Positions 1-10,782 of a DNA stretch of 64,000 nt are shown here, piece after piece. Where the stretch lies: NCBI GenBank assembly GCA_025594325.1, contig JANHCV010000008.1, positions 124,001-188,000 of the forward strand. The letters are read 5' to 3'. This DNA comes from Blastocladiella emersonii ATCC 22665. Taxonomy: Eukaryota; Fungi; Blastocladiomycota. Under the pieces are notes generated by a model, which was not told the origin of the DNA, ran no database searches, and saw only the letters and a list, made by a program, of their open reading frames with translations. The first letter of the stretch is position 1; the number at the start of each line of letters is the position of its first letter. The position numbers were made by a program, and so were the translations under genes.

Positions 1-173
1 GGCAGCGGGTTGGTCGGCGTGACAGCAGCGTTGCCGTCGCTCCCAGCAGCGTCGTCATCTGCATCCTCGTCGCTATCGGCGGGCGGCGGCGGGATTTCGG
101 GCACGTTCTTGACGATCTCCTCGATGGACTTGGCCGTTCGGCCAGCGCGCTTCTTGCTTGACGGGGGAGCCAT
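1..173 (-). CDS. 5' part of a gene running off the left edge (MAPPSSKKRAGRTAKSIEEIVKNVPEIPPPPADSDEDADDD...), unknown function
   Basis: ATG at 173-171, frame open to base 1, basic then acidic low-complexity N-terminus; not in the ORF track, translated by hand. Confidence 0.45.
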   Translation of the reverse strand, partial: MAPPSSKKRAGRTAKSIEEIVKNVPEIPPPPADSDEDADDDAAGSDGNAAVTPTNPL

Positions 174-420
174 TCTTTTCGGCTTTGAGGGAGGACGGGG
201 GAGAGAGAGCGAGTTACGTTGGAGGAAAACGGCGTTTATATAGGCCGGGGAGCACAGCCTGAAGGTTTCGGGGGCGAGCAGACGGGCGATTCAGCGACGA
301 GGGTTCCATTCAGCTCACCCGGGGGTCGAACCAAACGCCGCGATGAACGCGACGGGGTGAAAATGCCACGTTTCAGCTGGGTGAACACCGGACCGTGTAA
401 AATCGATTGATCCACCTGAT

Positions 421-1185
421 TCACCCCGGAACCAAACGGGCCCTAATTTTGAAAATCAATGCTCGAAGATGCACCGGCCAGGCCCACGTGACGCGATAGT
501 TTTGTGTAGTGTGAACCGGGAACCAAACGTGGTAGAATTCGAGGTCGGTGACGGTCCGCGGTAGCTGAAGCGCGTATAACCGCGGCGGGTCAATCGTCCC
601 GCTGATAGAAAGAGAAGTGACACCTTGGTGTGGGCTCGCAAGAGCAGTATTGAGTGCAAGAATTCCCGCATGACCGATGGATCCAAGTTCGAACTTGAGA
701 GCCGTCACGCGGCCCGAGGCAATATCATCTGCATTGAATCGGACGTTCGCATCGAGCTCGGGATCTGATACGTTGATACAAGTCCCGTCGTCGCTGTCCT
801 GTCGATCTGTGGGAAGTCCGAGGGCGACTCGAGTGCCATCTTCAAGGTAAACACGAATTGAGGTCGGGTCAAGATTAATTGAGTCGCGGAACCACTCGAG
901 CGATTGGAGCTGGCGCCCGATTTCGGCGGCTTTCAGCGCGGCGTCAAAGTCGGTAGGTAGCCCCACCGCCTTCCACTTTTCCAGCAGTACAAGGTTCCCG
1001 CGAGCGCTTGCAGTTTCAAGCGAGAAAAAGGGCGACCGCTGGAGGACAGTGCGGTGGACCTGGGGAATGAGAGCCTCGCGCATCACATGCGTGTACTGAG
1101 AGAGGCCCGCCACGTCGTCTGGGTCGTGCATCCAGACGGCTTTAACGAGGATGGCCTCAATCAGTTCGGGGATGTAAAGCGCCAT
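421..1185 (-). CDS. F-box-like/ankyrin-like/LRR-type protein, possibly 3'-truncated
   Basis: N-terminal LYIPELIEAILVKA, ankyrin-like ASARGNLVLLEKWK..AAEIGRQLQSLEWF, LRR-like VTSLSIS / LPRTVTDLEF / WPVHLRAL. Confidence 0.5.
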   Translation of the reverse strand: MALYIPELIEAILVKAVWMHDPDDVAGLSQYTHVMREALIPQVHRTVLQRSPFFSLETASARGNLVLLEKWKAVGLPTDFDAALKAAEIGRQLQSLEWFRDSINLDPTSIRVYLEDGTRVALGLPTDRQDSDDGTCINVSDPELDANVRFNADDIASGRVTALKFELGSIGHAGILALNTALASPHQGVTSLSISGTIDPPRLYALQLPRTVTDLEFYHVWFPVHTTQNYRVTWAWPVHLRALIFKIRARLVPG

Positions 1186-1586
1186 GTTTCATGAGCTTTC
1201 ATTTGGTGAGTGCGTTTGTGGGGGTAGAGCTAGCCGAACGCGTCGGTCCGCCGGTGAGAAAGCGAAAATTGTGCGACGTGTCAGTCACGTGGCTCGTCGC
1301 GACGCATAGCAGGCCGGGTTTTGCTGGCCGTTGGAGCTTTGGTGCGAACGCCCGAAACAGTTTGAGTTGGAACTTCACTCAACCTTGCTTGGATGTTGAC
1401 GGTAATTGATTTGGAATATATTGCGCTGTGTCGAAGCGCTGGGACCGCTCAAATGAAAATTTATAACGCGGTGAACACGTCCGCGTGACGTGGCTACCGA
1501 GCTGTCAGCTCTGTTGGTTCAGGAACAGACGACGGTCTTCGCCCCTACCTTGCAATGTATTCAGCCACCACGTAACTTCATGCAAC

Positions 1587-3038
1587 ATGCACATGGACAC
1601 ATCCGGAACTGATGTCTTGGGGTCGGCCGACGCACTGATCACGGCCGCACTTCGGGACAACCGGCTGCCTGAACGCCGCCGCGACCTCGCCGAGCTCCGT
1701 GCCGCTGCTCTTATCATCGTCATGCGACTGCGGATAGATACGATCCGCGGAACCCTTGCTTCTCGATGTCGGACTGCTTCTCGGCCCGAAGCAAAAAACG
1801 AGGGGGAACGCGCCCGTTTCAGAGTCGAGTCGCTGCTCCGAGTCGAGGAGCTTGGCACCTCACTTGACATACGATTGGCTGCAACCACGAGTCGAGCACT
1901 CGAACCTAGCGACGTTCCCGACTCAAAATCACAGTTATGTCGTTTGCGCTCGTCTTCACCGCGGCGCCCAACGAGCGCGCGCAGTTCGCACCCGCTACGG
2001 CCGGGCAACAGCTCCGCGTCAGACTTTGCTGCGCTTACTACTCTTGTCGACCACAAAGCTCCCTTCTTCCGCGAGTGGAACCCCTCCATGATTGAGCGAA
2101 CCCCGCGTGCGTTCGCGAAGCGCCTGCAAGGTATTGCTCAGCGTGCACCGCTCGCGAAACTGTTACTCGCGGCGCGAAGCCGAGTCGCGCCCGACCTTTA
2201 CACCATTTATGGAGTCCTGCTACGCACCTTCATTTCCAACGACGAAGCCGAGACCACTTTCATTCGTGTGGCAACCTGCGGCTGGAATGCGAGGTGGTTT
2301 CTAAAACGGCTGCTACTCGCTCCACGGTCTCGCACCAAGATCCGCTCGTTTTTCGCGATTTTCCGCGACGTGCTCGCCGAGGTGACGCAGGTGACGCCCG
2401 AGCTCGGGCGGGAGCGCTTCGTTAAGCTTATCTTCGCCGAGAAACTCAAACGAGCTTTTGTGCGGACTTCGCCGACAGTTTGGCGAATCGTGGATGACGA
2501 CAAGGCCTCGCTTGGTGACATCGTTAATGAATACTACCGGCTGTTGCGTATGGAGCGCGCCGGCAATGTAGATCCTAAGCAGCCTCGTGACAAGCCACCG
2601 CTTGCTCCGGCTCGACTAATGGATTATGCGGTTCCCCACCAGCCACGTGCGCGTTCCCAATCACCAACCTCGTCGCGCGGACTCTCATCGAAATCAAGAT
2701 CACGGTCGCGGCCCCGCACTCGCTCACGGTCCCGTGCCCATAACCGTTCAATATCCTGTACCCGCTTGCGATCCCGCTCTCGCTCCATTTCGCGGCATCG
2801 CGCGCATCATCCATCTTTTCCAATTTCCATCGCGCCTTTGGACTCTGAGCTTTGCCGCGACCCAAACTCGCGCTCGTCAGACCGTCGCGCACTCCCGCTT
2901 CGCGGTCAATCGTGCACGCTGTGCGTGAATCCCGCGCTTGGCTGGTCGAAACTGTCCCTTCCTTCTACACTAGGTTTTGTACGCTCCTTGCCGAGACTGT
3001 GCGCGTGGACGCAGAAGTTCAGCTGGATTGCTCTCTGA
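1587..3038 (+). CDS. Gag-capsid-like family member 1 (RS-rich tail)
   Basis: Family N-terminal helix (IVMRLRIDTIRGTL), core ending FVKLIFAEKL, SRSRSR tract, CTLC at end. Confidence 0.55.
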   Translation: MHMDTSGTDVLGSADALITAALRDNRLPERRRDLAELRAAALIIVMRLRIDTIRGTLASRCRTASRPEAKNEGERARFRVESLLRVEELGTSLDIRLAATTSRALEPSDVPDSKSQLCRLRSSSPRRPTSARSSHPLRPGNSSASDFAALTTLVDHKAPFFREWNPSMIERTPRAFAKRLQGIAQRAPLAKLLLAARSRVAPDLYTIYGVLLRTFISNDEAETTFIRVATCGWNARWFLKRLLLAPRSRTKIRSFFAIFRDVLAEVTQVTPELGRERFVKLIFAEKLKRAFVRTSPTVWRIVDDDKASLGDIVNEYYRLLRMERAGNVDPKQPRDKPPLAPARLMDYAVPHQPRARSQSPTSSRGLSSKSRSRSRPRTRSRSRAHNRSISCTRLRSRSRSISRHRAHHPSFPISIAPLDSELCRDPNSRSSDRRALPLRGQSCTLCVNPALGWSKLSLPSTLGFVRSLPRLCAWTQKFSWIAL

Positions 3039-3604
3039 AACACATTTTCGTGGCCAAGATTTTCTTTGGCCTGGGCTACAATCCCGATGTGATTTTCGAC
3101 GGGCTTCTTCAAGACGGAACCAAGTCGATCGCAGACAGGACGTCCGCGCTTGGCGATCTCATTTTTCCGTCGGTTCTGCTGAATCTGCGCGCCCCGGTTT
3201 ACAATATCCCGTCACTTCCAGGAACGGGCTCCGCTGTCCCCGTGGCTTCCGGTGGGCTATGTACCTCCTGTACGGAGCTCGGCGAGCACCCCGACCTTGC
3301 CAACTCGCACGCCACCAACGAAAGTCTCTCGCTCAAGAACCCACGGTCGTTTGCCCAGGTCTTTGTCACGAGCGCACATGCGGCAAAAATCGCCCTGCCC
3401 TGGCTTACCCGGGCAAACATCAGCGATGACGAGCTGATGCAGGCCGTCCGTAACTTTTGTACTGCACTCCCGAACGCAAAGGTCTCGGGCACTTCGTTGA
3501 TGTTGCAAACAGAGTCCTTATTGTGTGCACAACGCGGTTTCCGCGCGCTTCTGGCGCTTCCAGCAACCATTAGGACGCGCATACTCCGTGAAATTTGGCC
3601 ATAA
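2852..3604 (+). pseudogene. C-terminal half of a Gag-like family member in a second frame
   Basis: KHIFVAKIFFGLGYNP..LGDLIFP..CTSC..H matches KKLFVDKVFLSLGYNP..LGDIVFP..CMYC..H of 9118-10305. Confidence 0.55.
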
Positions 3605-4243
3605 CTTCGCAAGGCTCGGCCAGAGGCTAAGGTGGGGCGAACATCGCGTAGAAAATAATATACTCGTTCGTAATATACCTCGGCGAAGCAGCGATACAAC
3701 GAACGGCACACGACTGTGGTCGATGATGATAATGACAATCGCGATGCGAGCGAAGGAGGCGCACATGCGTGCTCATTAATGAGACGTTTTTGGTTCGTGA
3801 GTTCCTTGACAAGCACTGCTGCACCGACTACCTCGAAAGTATACCCGATTGGCTCGTTGTTCCCAAGATACACCCGTAAGACGAATCATCCCCCGCGACG
3901 CGCTTTCGGGGCTCTCGCTGATGACGTTTAAAATGTGGGAGTAGCAAAACTTGGTCCTGAGCGGCTCTTGACACATCACGCTTCCCCCACGCGTACCCCA
4001 GCTGCATCGTAGCGAGCTCCGTCACGAACAAGTCGTGCTTCTGGTGTAAGGCGAATCAAACGTGCGTCGATTGAAGTGATGGCTGCGCAGTCGCATTGCA
4101 CCGGCAAATGCGACACGTCTCGAAAATCGCCGCGAGACATCATGTGACGCCTCGGATGTGGCGGAGTCACTCGACCGGCTCGCCACGCTAGCACTCTGTC
4201 TCCCCTCGCTTGCGAGTCCACCAACTATGCGATGAATTCAGCC

Positions 4244-4420
4244 ATGGAGACTTCCTGCAATGCGTTTATGGAACCCGGAGCGACCCGTCCCGCGCCCAAC
4301 GACCTGCGCCGCGCGACTGCCTCGTTCGCCTACTTTGGTGCCACGGGGACGCTCCCGACTACCGAAGCCGATGGGACTTCCGTTGCTGAACAAGGCGGCC
4401 TACTCAATTCTCAGCTGTAG
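4244..4420 (+). pseudogene. N-terminal stub of a Gag-like family member
   Basis: METSCNAF...RRATASFAYFGATGTLP matches MTSCNEL...RAAAALDDYFAGSRELP of 30082-31818; truncated where the 82-bp duplication starts. Confidence 0.45.
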
Positions 4421-4562
4421 CTTTAGCGAAGCTGAGTTTCTGTGGGAGCAATTGAAACCTATCAGGCACATCAACCTTGCCCTACTCAATTCTCAGCTGT
4501 GGCTTTAGCGAAGCTGAGTTTCTGTGGGAGCAATTGAAACCTATCAGGCACATCAACCTTGC
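4399..4562. repeat. 82-bp tandem duplication (2 copies, 1 mismatch)
   Basis: 4399-4480 and 4481-4562 identical except gtAgc/gtGgc. Confidence 0.95.
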
Positions 4563-4782
4563 TCTTGTGGTCACATGAGTGGCTCAGTGACCGTTTTCGA
4601 TTTTTCCACGCCCGCTCGCTCGCGCTTGCCGCTGCTCGTCGACGCTCTTTGAGACCTCCTGTGCTGACCAGCTCTTTACCCGCCACTCCTACCCCATGCA
4701 GCGCTTAATACTTCGCGATCCGGCGTCTGCCTGGCCGCCATGCGGCCACATATAAAGGCGCGCGGGCCGCCGCTGACAGTCC

Positions 4783-6250
4783 TTGCTCTCCTCCACCACT
4801 CGCAACACCATGAACTTCTCTCCCACGTTCTCGCTGCGCTGCTCGTCGCGCTTCACGGTTCTCTCCGAGCTTCCGTCTCCGCCGTCGAGCCCCTTCCTCT
4901 TCTTCAACATCGAGATCCCCGTCCGCTACTCGCCTGGTGTTCCCCTCATCAACGCCAACGCCTCGACCGATCCGCTCGGCTTGCTGCAGGCCACGGCCGT
5001 CGCGTACCGCGGCAGCCTGCTCGTCGGCAACTCGTACAAGGCCGACGGCTTCATCAAGATCGACGTGTGCCCGTCCGTGACGGCTCCAACCTTCGACGCC
5101 CCCAAGACGCTCGTGTTCTACCCGATCGCTTCCAGCCTGCTCGGTCAACTCGACCCCGCCATCCGCTACCCCGACCCCGCGATCATCAGCGGCCTGTTCA
5201 CCTTCGGTTCGGTCGTCCTCATCGATTCGTTCCCTCACCGCGCTCACACACATCTCCCACTTCTAGGCGGCGGCAAGACGTTCGCCATGTGCCAACCCAC
5301 GCTTGAACTGGCCCAGCCCATGACCGTCATGAACGGCACGTCGCAGTTCCTCGACCCGACGCACCGCGGCCAGCCTGCTCCCCGCGCAACCACGTGGTCC
5401 ATGAGCTGTGTGATCCCGACCAACCGGTACGTCCTGATCCGCTGTTCGACTCTTCTGCGAATCTTCTCACTCACGAATCGATGTGCAGTGTGCATGGCAG
5501 TAAGGGCCTGTGGGTGACGGGCAAGACCATGCTCGTCTCTGGCTGTTCTGCGGCTTCGAGGGTGCGGCTAACGACGACCACTTCACCATGTCCTCGTCCG
5601 TCGCCTTCTTCATCACCGAGATGCGGTCGGTCGCCACTGCGACGGCTCCGCCTCCTTCGCAGGGCCCCAACGGTCCGCCCATGTTCACGGCCGGTCCCTC
5701 GTCGCCCGCCAAGATGGTTCCCGGCGCTGCGGCCGCGCCCGCTGCGCTCGTCCCGCTCATGGCCGCGTGCACCACCCGCTCGCCGACTTCCACCTCGGCG
5801 TCCGTCAACGCGCCGTCGGGCGGCACCACGTCGGGCAGCACCACGTCCGGCAGCGCCACAACGCCGTCGGGACCCGCGGCGTCGTCCGCCGTGACCAAGA
5901 ACAAGAACATCACCAAGATCGTCGTCGACTCGGAGGCCGATGAGGAGGTCGACGCCGACGAGGAGGAGAGCGAGTGCGAGTCGGGCCCGTCGTCGTCGTC
6001 AAGCCGCGCGCGCAAGATGGCCACCAAGGCCAAGGGCCGCGACAAGAACAAGACGGTCAAGACCCCGCCGGCCTCGCCCACCAAGCGTACCCGCACGTCG
6101 GCCGTCAAGGGCAAGTCCGGCGCTGCCGTCCCTGCCGCCCAAGACGACGACGAGGCCGACGACGACGACTCGGCGACCCCGCCGGCCTCGCCGACCAAGC
6201 GCGCGCGTAGCGGTCCCGCCAAGGGCAAGGGCAAGGACCGCTCGGCCTGA
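4783..6250 (+). CDS. Intron-containing gene, possible OB-fold ssDNA-binding protein with Ala/Lys/acidic low-complexity tail (Helitron cargo)
   Basis: ORF-track segments 4783-5517 and 5510-6250 with probable GT-AG introns near 5212-5268 and 5427-5503; beta-rich N-terminal part; lies just upstream of a helicase remnant. Confidence 0.4.
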
Positions 6251-6422
6251 TCCTGATCCTGTTCCTTCCTTCGTTTCTTTCGAAAATACTTCCGCTGTCT
6301 GATATATTCCAAACTCTTTTTCTTCCAACTGGTTACTACTCGAATTTGTGAGGTGCCCGTCGACTGGCGAGCTCAAAGAGTTCACCCCTGAACTCTGAGA
6401 ACGCGTTTCAAAGACGCGTTGC

Positions 6423-6659
6423 GTGACGCGTCGCGTCGGCGCTCGCGTTCGTGTTCTCACAACGATGACCCTGAACAAGGTCATTGCCGACTTCGGCGAC
6501 CCCAAGCTCCCGCATCGTTTTCCTGCCCGGTACCCGTACATGGTCCTCTCTCGAGCGCGCAGGACCGAGGACATCCTCATCATCCGGTTCAACAGTCGGG
6601 TTCTCGTGCAGAAGGCATTACAGCACGTGGCGAAGGACATGGAGCGACTGGCCTGCTGA
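6423..6659 (+). pseudogene. C-terminal remnant of a PIF1-like (Helitron RepHel) helicase
   Basis: MTLNKVIADFGDP...YPYMVLSRARRTEDILIIRFN...DMERL matches the QGxTLxKVIVD...YVxLSR C-terminal motifs of PIF1-family SF1 helicases. Confidence 0.6.
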
Positions 6660-6727
6660 GCAGGATTGAGAATTGATAAACTACTTCACTTTCACCAACT
6701 GAAACAGTCTCAAGAAGCCAAGTAAAG

Positions 6728-8524
6728 CTACAGCTGAGACCCAAGTGTGTGCGCAGCACACACACCTAGTTTATTAACCTCAATAACGGCCTCAGCCTCA
6801 TTGACCCGCGCGCGATAGACCTCTGTCTCGTTGCCACGTGCAGCCTGAAGGAGCGCGGATCGAGTTGCAGGATGAGCGAGGACGGGTCCGTCCCACATGG
6901 CGCGAAGTAGTGCGACACGCTCCTCCGCGCGATCACCGCAAACGATTCGTCCTGCGAGCTCAGGCGACATGATCCACGGCTCGCCACACAAAGTCGTGAC
7001 CCTGCGTGCAAGCACGCTGATGCGTGAGGCGTCGCCCGACACAATGGACTCAATAACGACCTCCATCGTGAGTGCGTGCCCGTTGACCCCGTGCGAGTGC
7101 GTGTCGCGCGGGCTGGCACTGGCCATGTCGAGGTCGGACGCAGGCGTGACCACATCGAGGAGCTGCTGGGTCTGGCTGATGGTAGCCTTGCTCAAAACCT
7201 CGCGCCAGTTGTTTCGAACAAGCTCGGCGTGCGCTGGATCCGCGTCCGCTCGTGCACGCGCAGCGACCATGGTTGCGCGGTACCAGTCGCGCCATTCGTT
7301 TTGGGGAAGCGGCGCGGTGCGCCATGCCCACGGGTCATAGCCGTCCACAGCGTCGAACGCGGACGAGATTGGGCACCACGGAAGCCGCTGCATTGCAGCA
7401 AGAACGAGATCCGGGTCGCGGATACAAGCGAAAGATTTCTGGAACGCGCAGCAAGCGTCGGGGGTGAGGTCAATCCAGTGAAGATTGCGCACGTACGCGT
7501 CGAGAACTTTGAGCGAGTTAATTGGATTCACACGAAGCACGTAACGGACGAGGTCGGGAGGCGCGCTGAATTTAAAGTCGCAGTGATTGATAAGACTGGG
7601 CGAATAAGCAAAATGGCGGCGAGCAAGCGCCGCTCTGTCCTCGCCGACACTGGGAAGCAGGGTCCCGATACGGCTACGAACAGACTCGATGCCGTCGATA
7701 CCGTTGAAGCAAATACGTGAGGTCGCCGGTTCGCTGAAGTAGTGCCCGTGTTGCGCAAGGAGAAGCAGATCCATGACAACACAAGGCTGGGGCGCGCCGG
7801 GAAGACCAAGTGCTTGAGAGCGGAATGTTTCAAGCAAGCCCCGCAAATAGTTACGCGGACTGTCCCGCCGCATGGAGCTCGTGCCGATGTAGTTCAAAAT
7901 AAACTTGAAGCAAAATGCGCGGCCCTGGCGGAGGACCCCACGTATCACGACGCAGCTGAATCTGCTATGGTAAAGCTTATCACCCGTCGCGAGCAAAAGC
8001 TCCTGTATTTCGTGTGCTGGGCGGCGCGGATTGTCGAACACGTCAAACAGCGCGGACTGGGACTTAAGAAAGCGGTCAATGGCTCCGCACTGAACAATAA
8101 AGCAAAAGGCAAAGGCGGCGCGAGCACGGCCAGCGGCGAGGATGAGTTGGTCGCGTTGGACAACGGTGACAGGCCAGCTGTCGCCTGCCCAGCTGCAAAG
8201 CACTTTCCAGCGAGAGTCGGAACCGCCGGCGTCGTTGTGGCTAAGCGCGAGTGCAAAGTCAAAGAAGGCGCATGACAGGTCGCGCTGGTGAAGGACGTGC
8301 TGGGCCGAGTCGTCGCATTTTAAGCAGTAGCTTGGTGCAAGCCTGTGAAACTCGTCCATTCGACTTCCAATTAGTGGGAAAACTGCCTGCAACCAAGGTT
8401 GGGCAGCCGTCAACGTCGGCTCGCAGAGCACCAAGCGGCATGTCGCGCGAAGCGCAAGGGCACCCACGACGTCAAGGTGCTCGGCAATGACGGCTTGAAC
8501 TACTTGTGGCAAGTTAGGTAGCAA
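6728..8524 (-). CDS. F-box-like protein, 598 aa
   Basis: N-terminal LPNLPQVVQAVIAEHLDVVGALALRATCRL is F-box-like; long open frame; last 13 codons read into the Helitron end. Confidence 0.55.
   Translation of the reverse strand: MLPNLPQVVQAVIAEHLDVVGALALRATCRLVLCEPTLTAAQPWLQAVFPLIGSRMDEFHRLAPSYCLKCDDSAQHVLHQRDLSCAFFDFALALSHNDAGGSDSRWKVLCSWAGDSWPVTVVQRDQLILAAGRARAAFAFCFIVQCGAIDRFLKSQSALFDVFDNPRRPAHEIQELLLATGDKLYHSRFSCVVIRGVLRQGRAFCFKFILNYIGTSSMRRDSPRNYLRGLLETFRSQALGLPGAPQPCVVMDLLLLAQHGHYFSEPATSRICFNGIDGIESVRSRIGTLLPSVGEDRAALARRHFAYSPSLINHCDFKFSAPPDLVRYVLRVNPINSLKVLDAYVRNLHWIDLTPDACCAFQKSFACIRDPDLVLAAMQRLPWCPISSAFDAVDGYDPWAWRTAPLPQNEWRDWYRATMVAARARADADPAHAELVRNNWREVLSKATISQTQQLLDVVTPASDLDMASASPRDTHSHGVNGHALTMEVVIESIVSGDASRISVLARRVTTLCGEPWIMSPELAGRIVCGDRAEERVALLRAMWDGPVLAHPATRSALLQAARGNETEVYRARVNEAEAVIEVNKLGVCAAHTLGSQL
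6745..6769 (+). mobile_element. Helitron 3' terminus (hairpin + CTAG, followed by T)
   Basis: GTGTGTGC-gca-GCACACAC hairpin 6745-6763, CTAG 6766-6769, next base T; about 110 bp after the helicase remnant stop. Confidence 0.6.
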
Positions 8525-8848
8525 AGACGGTTTGATTCATGGCATTTTTCATGGCAGGAAGTGGGCCGACGAGAGGCCGGACCCCAAACGGGGCGCACTC
8601 GCCCGTTGAGTGCGGTCGTATCACCTCAGGGCCCGTGACTGTCTCGCAGCCTGTCTCGCACTTTTCGAGCTGCTCGCGGGACAAAACCGCAAATTTAGCC
8701 CGAGCGCAGACCTGGGCGGCGGCAACGCGCCGTTCACCTCCGCGCGATCTCACGTGAGATGTCAAGCCTTTTTGGTCGGTCAGGTCAGGGGGGCTGGTCA
8801 GGTCCGCTGTCGCTCCACTACCTCGTACCGTGATACACCACCACCACC

Positions 8849-10305
8849 ATGACCATGAAGACTCCATGCAACTTGAATAAAAAGCCGCTACCAACACACG
8901 GCAACTGCCGTGACGCACCAGACTTGCCCATCGAACCTCCGTCCGAACGGAGCGCTGACAGCTGCGAGGACCAGCAACAAGCAATCTTGCGCATTATGGA
9001 GCTACGCATCGAGGATATACGGACCGCTCTCGCTCTCAGGCTTGATACCTCCCTTGCCCTTGGCAATCAGATGCCGCCGCCGCCAAACTTGCCGACCAGG
9101 AGGCGCAGCTTGAAAGTTTGACTAAGCCAACACATTGCTTGGGTTCTGATGCTGTCTATGCACATCCCACGCGGACAGAACATATGCCCGAAGCAGTTCA
9201 CGCTGGTCCAGCGCATGCTCGCCGCGAAGTCGACGCGAGCCGCTCCCAGCACCCGACACTCGCCACGTTGCCTGCAACTCGGTCGGTCGAAGCTCCCGAG
9301 CCCTTTTTAGCCAAAAATTCCAATCCCTTGTATTATGACGACAATCTTCGCGTAAAGCTCAAGCAATATGGCCCTCAGCTCCGGACCATGTACGACAGCC
9401 CCAACGACGCGCTTTGCGCTGGTCAAGCGTTTCTCGATGATCTTACTCGCCTTGCGCCAAAAGTACCGCTTGCCGTGCTGCTGGTGCACTCGTATCCAAA
9501 CGTAAAACGCGCCTTGTATCGCATGTACGCGGTCTCATTGCGTATGACTGCATCCGATGACGAGGCCAGGCGGGTCGTCCTCGACGCACTCAAGCCGCAC
9601 AACAATCCATCGTCGTGGATTAATCGCTGGAACCGACTTAAGCCTCGGCCGAGTACAACGATGGCTGCTTTCTATGAAGATTTCATCTCTTTGCTTGGTG
9701 AAAAGGTCGCGATCGACGCTGATCTTCAGCGATCGTGGCACATCAAGAAGCTGTTTGTTGACAAAGTATTCCTGTCACTCGGGTACAACCCGAGGTCCTC
9801 GCTGAGAATGGTTGCCGCGCCCGATGTGACTTTGTTGCAGCTAGTCGTCGCGCTTGGTGACATTGTATTCCCCACGCTTCTCTCGACCGATCCCGTCCCA
9901 GTGCAAGGAACCGACTTGGCGAACCATGGCGGCTCGGGTCCCTGCATGTATTGCCGGGTACTTTGTCGAGCCGTTGACGTAGTCCGCTCACACACGACGC
10001 GTGAATGTCGGGCACTGCGTGACACGCGCTCCGTCGCAACGGCGATCGTGAGCGCAGCGCAAAGCATGAACGTTTCGAGTCTGCCTCGCGGCGTAATCAG
10101 CTTAAACGAGCACGGCTCGCTCGACGCGGCGAGGCAGTGGCTTCTTGACTTGACCCGCGCGCGCATTCCAAAGGGCACGTCCCAGCAACAAGCCATCAAG
10201 ATCAAGTCGGGGCGGTTCGTCGCTTCGGCGGTCATCAAGCTTCCAAATGCGGACTTCGAGCGGGTCCTTCCGCGAATCTGGACCGAGATATTGGCGATCT
10301 GGTAG
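8849..10305 (+). CDS. Gag-capsid-like family member (N-terminal ORF 8849-9121 frameshifted to 9118-10305)
   Basis: KTPCNL and ILRIMELRIEDIRTAL N-terminal motifs; core RWNRLKPRPSTTMAAFYEDFISLL..HIKKLFVDKV; knuckle CMYC-x12-H-x4-C. Confidence 0.65.
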
Positions 10306-10782
10306 CGAAATATATTTTGATATGCTTAGTTAGATTTTCGGCCTGGCGACTCGTATTCCGAAGCTCGCACAAACCCGCGAGTGTGAGAAAGCGCGCCGAT
10401 TGATCCGCGCGTGGCCCGCGTCACGACGCGTTCCGCGGCGCGTTCCCAAGGGCAGTCACCGCTCTCCACGACTCCGATATTCTCGCCACTGCCATGGATT
10501 CGCCGAGCCTTACTCTATGCAATGACAAATTGCACTATCGCCAGTGGCTTGTGGGGCGGACTTGACCCCGGCCGTTCATGCGCTCAACGGCGTCACGATT
10601 ACGCCAAAACTCGAGCGCTGCTCGGACTGCGACTTGGCTGCTCTCGAGCAGGGAGCGCTTTGTAACCTCCTTTCGCGCCGAATTGTACTGCTTCGAGCCG
10701 CCGTACGCCCGCGCGTTGCCGCGAGCGAGCCTTTTTCAGCGGATGCGATCGTGGGGGCATCTCTTACGCCGAGTCGGCGTAC

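Noticed and set aside
300-540. Short repeats (GAACCAAACG x3, CAGCT/GGTGAA inversions) as a transposon end
   Set aside because: Too short and no partner terminus or TSD within the window
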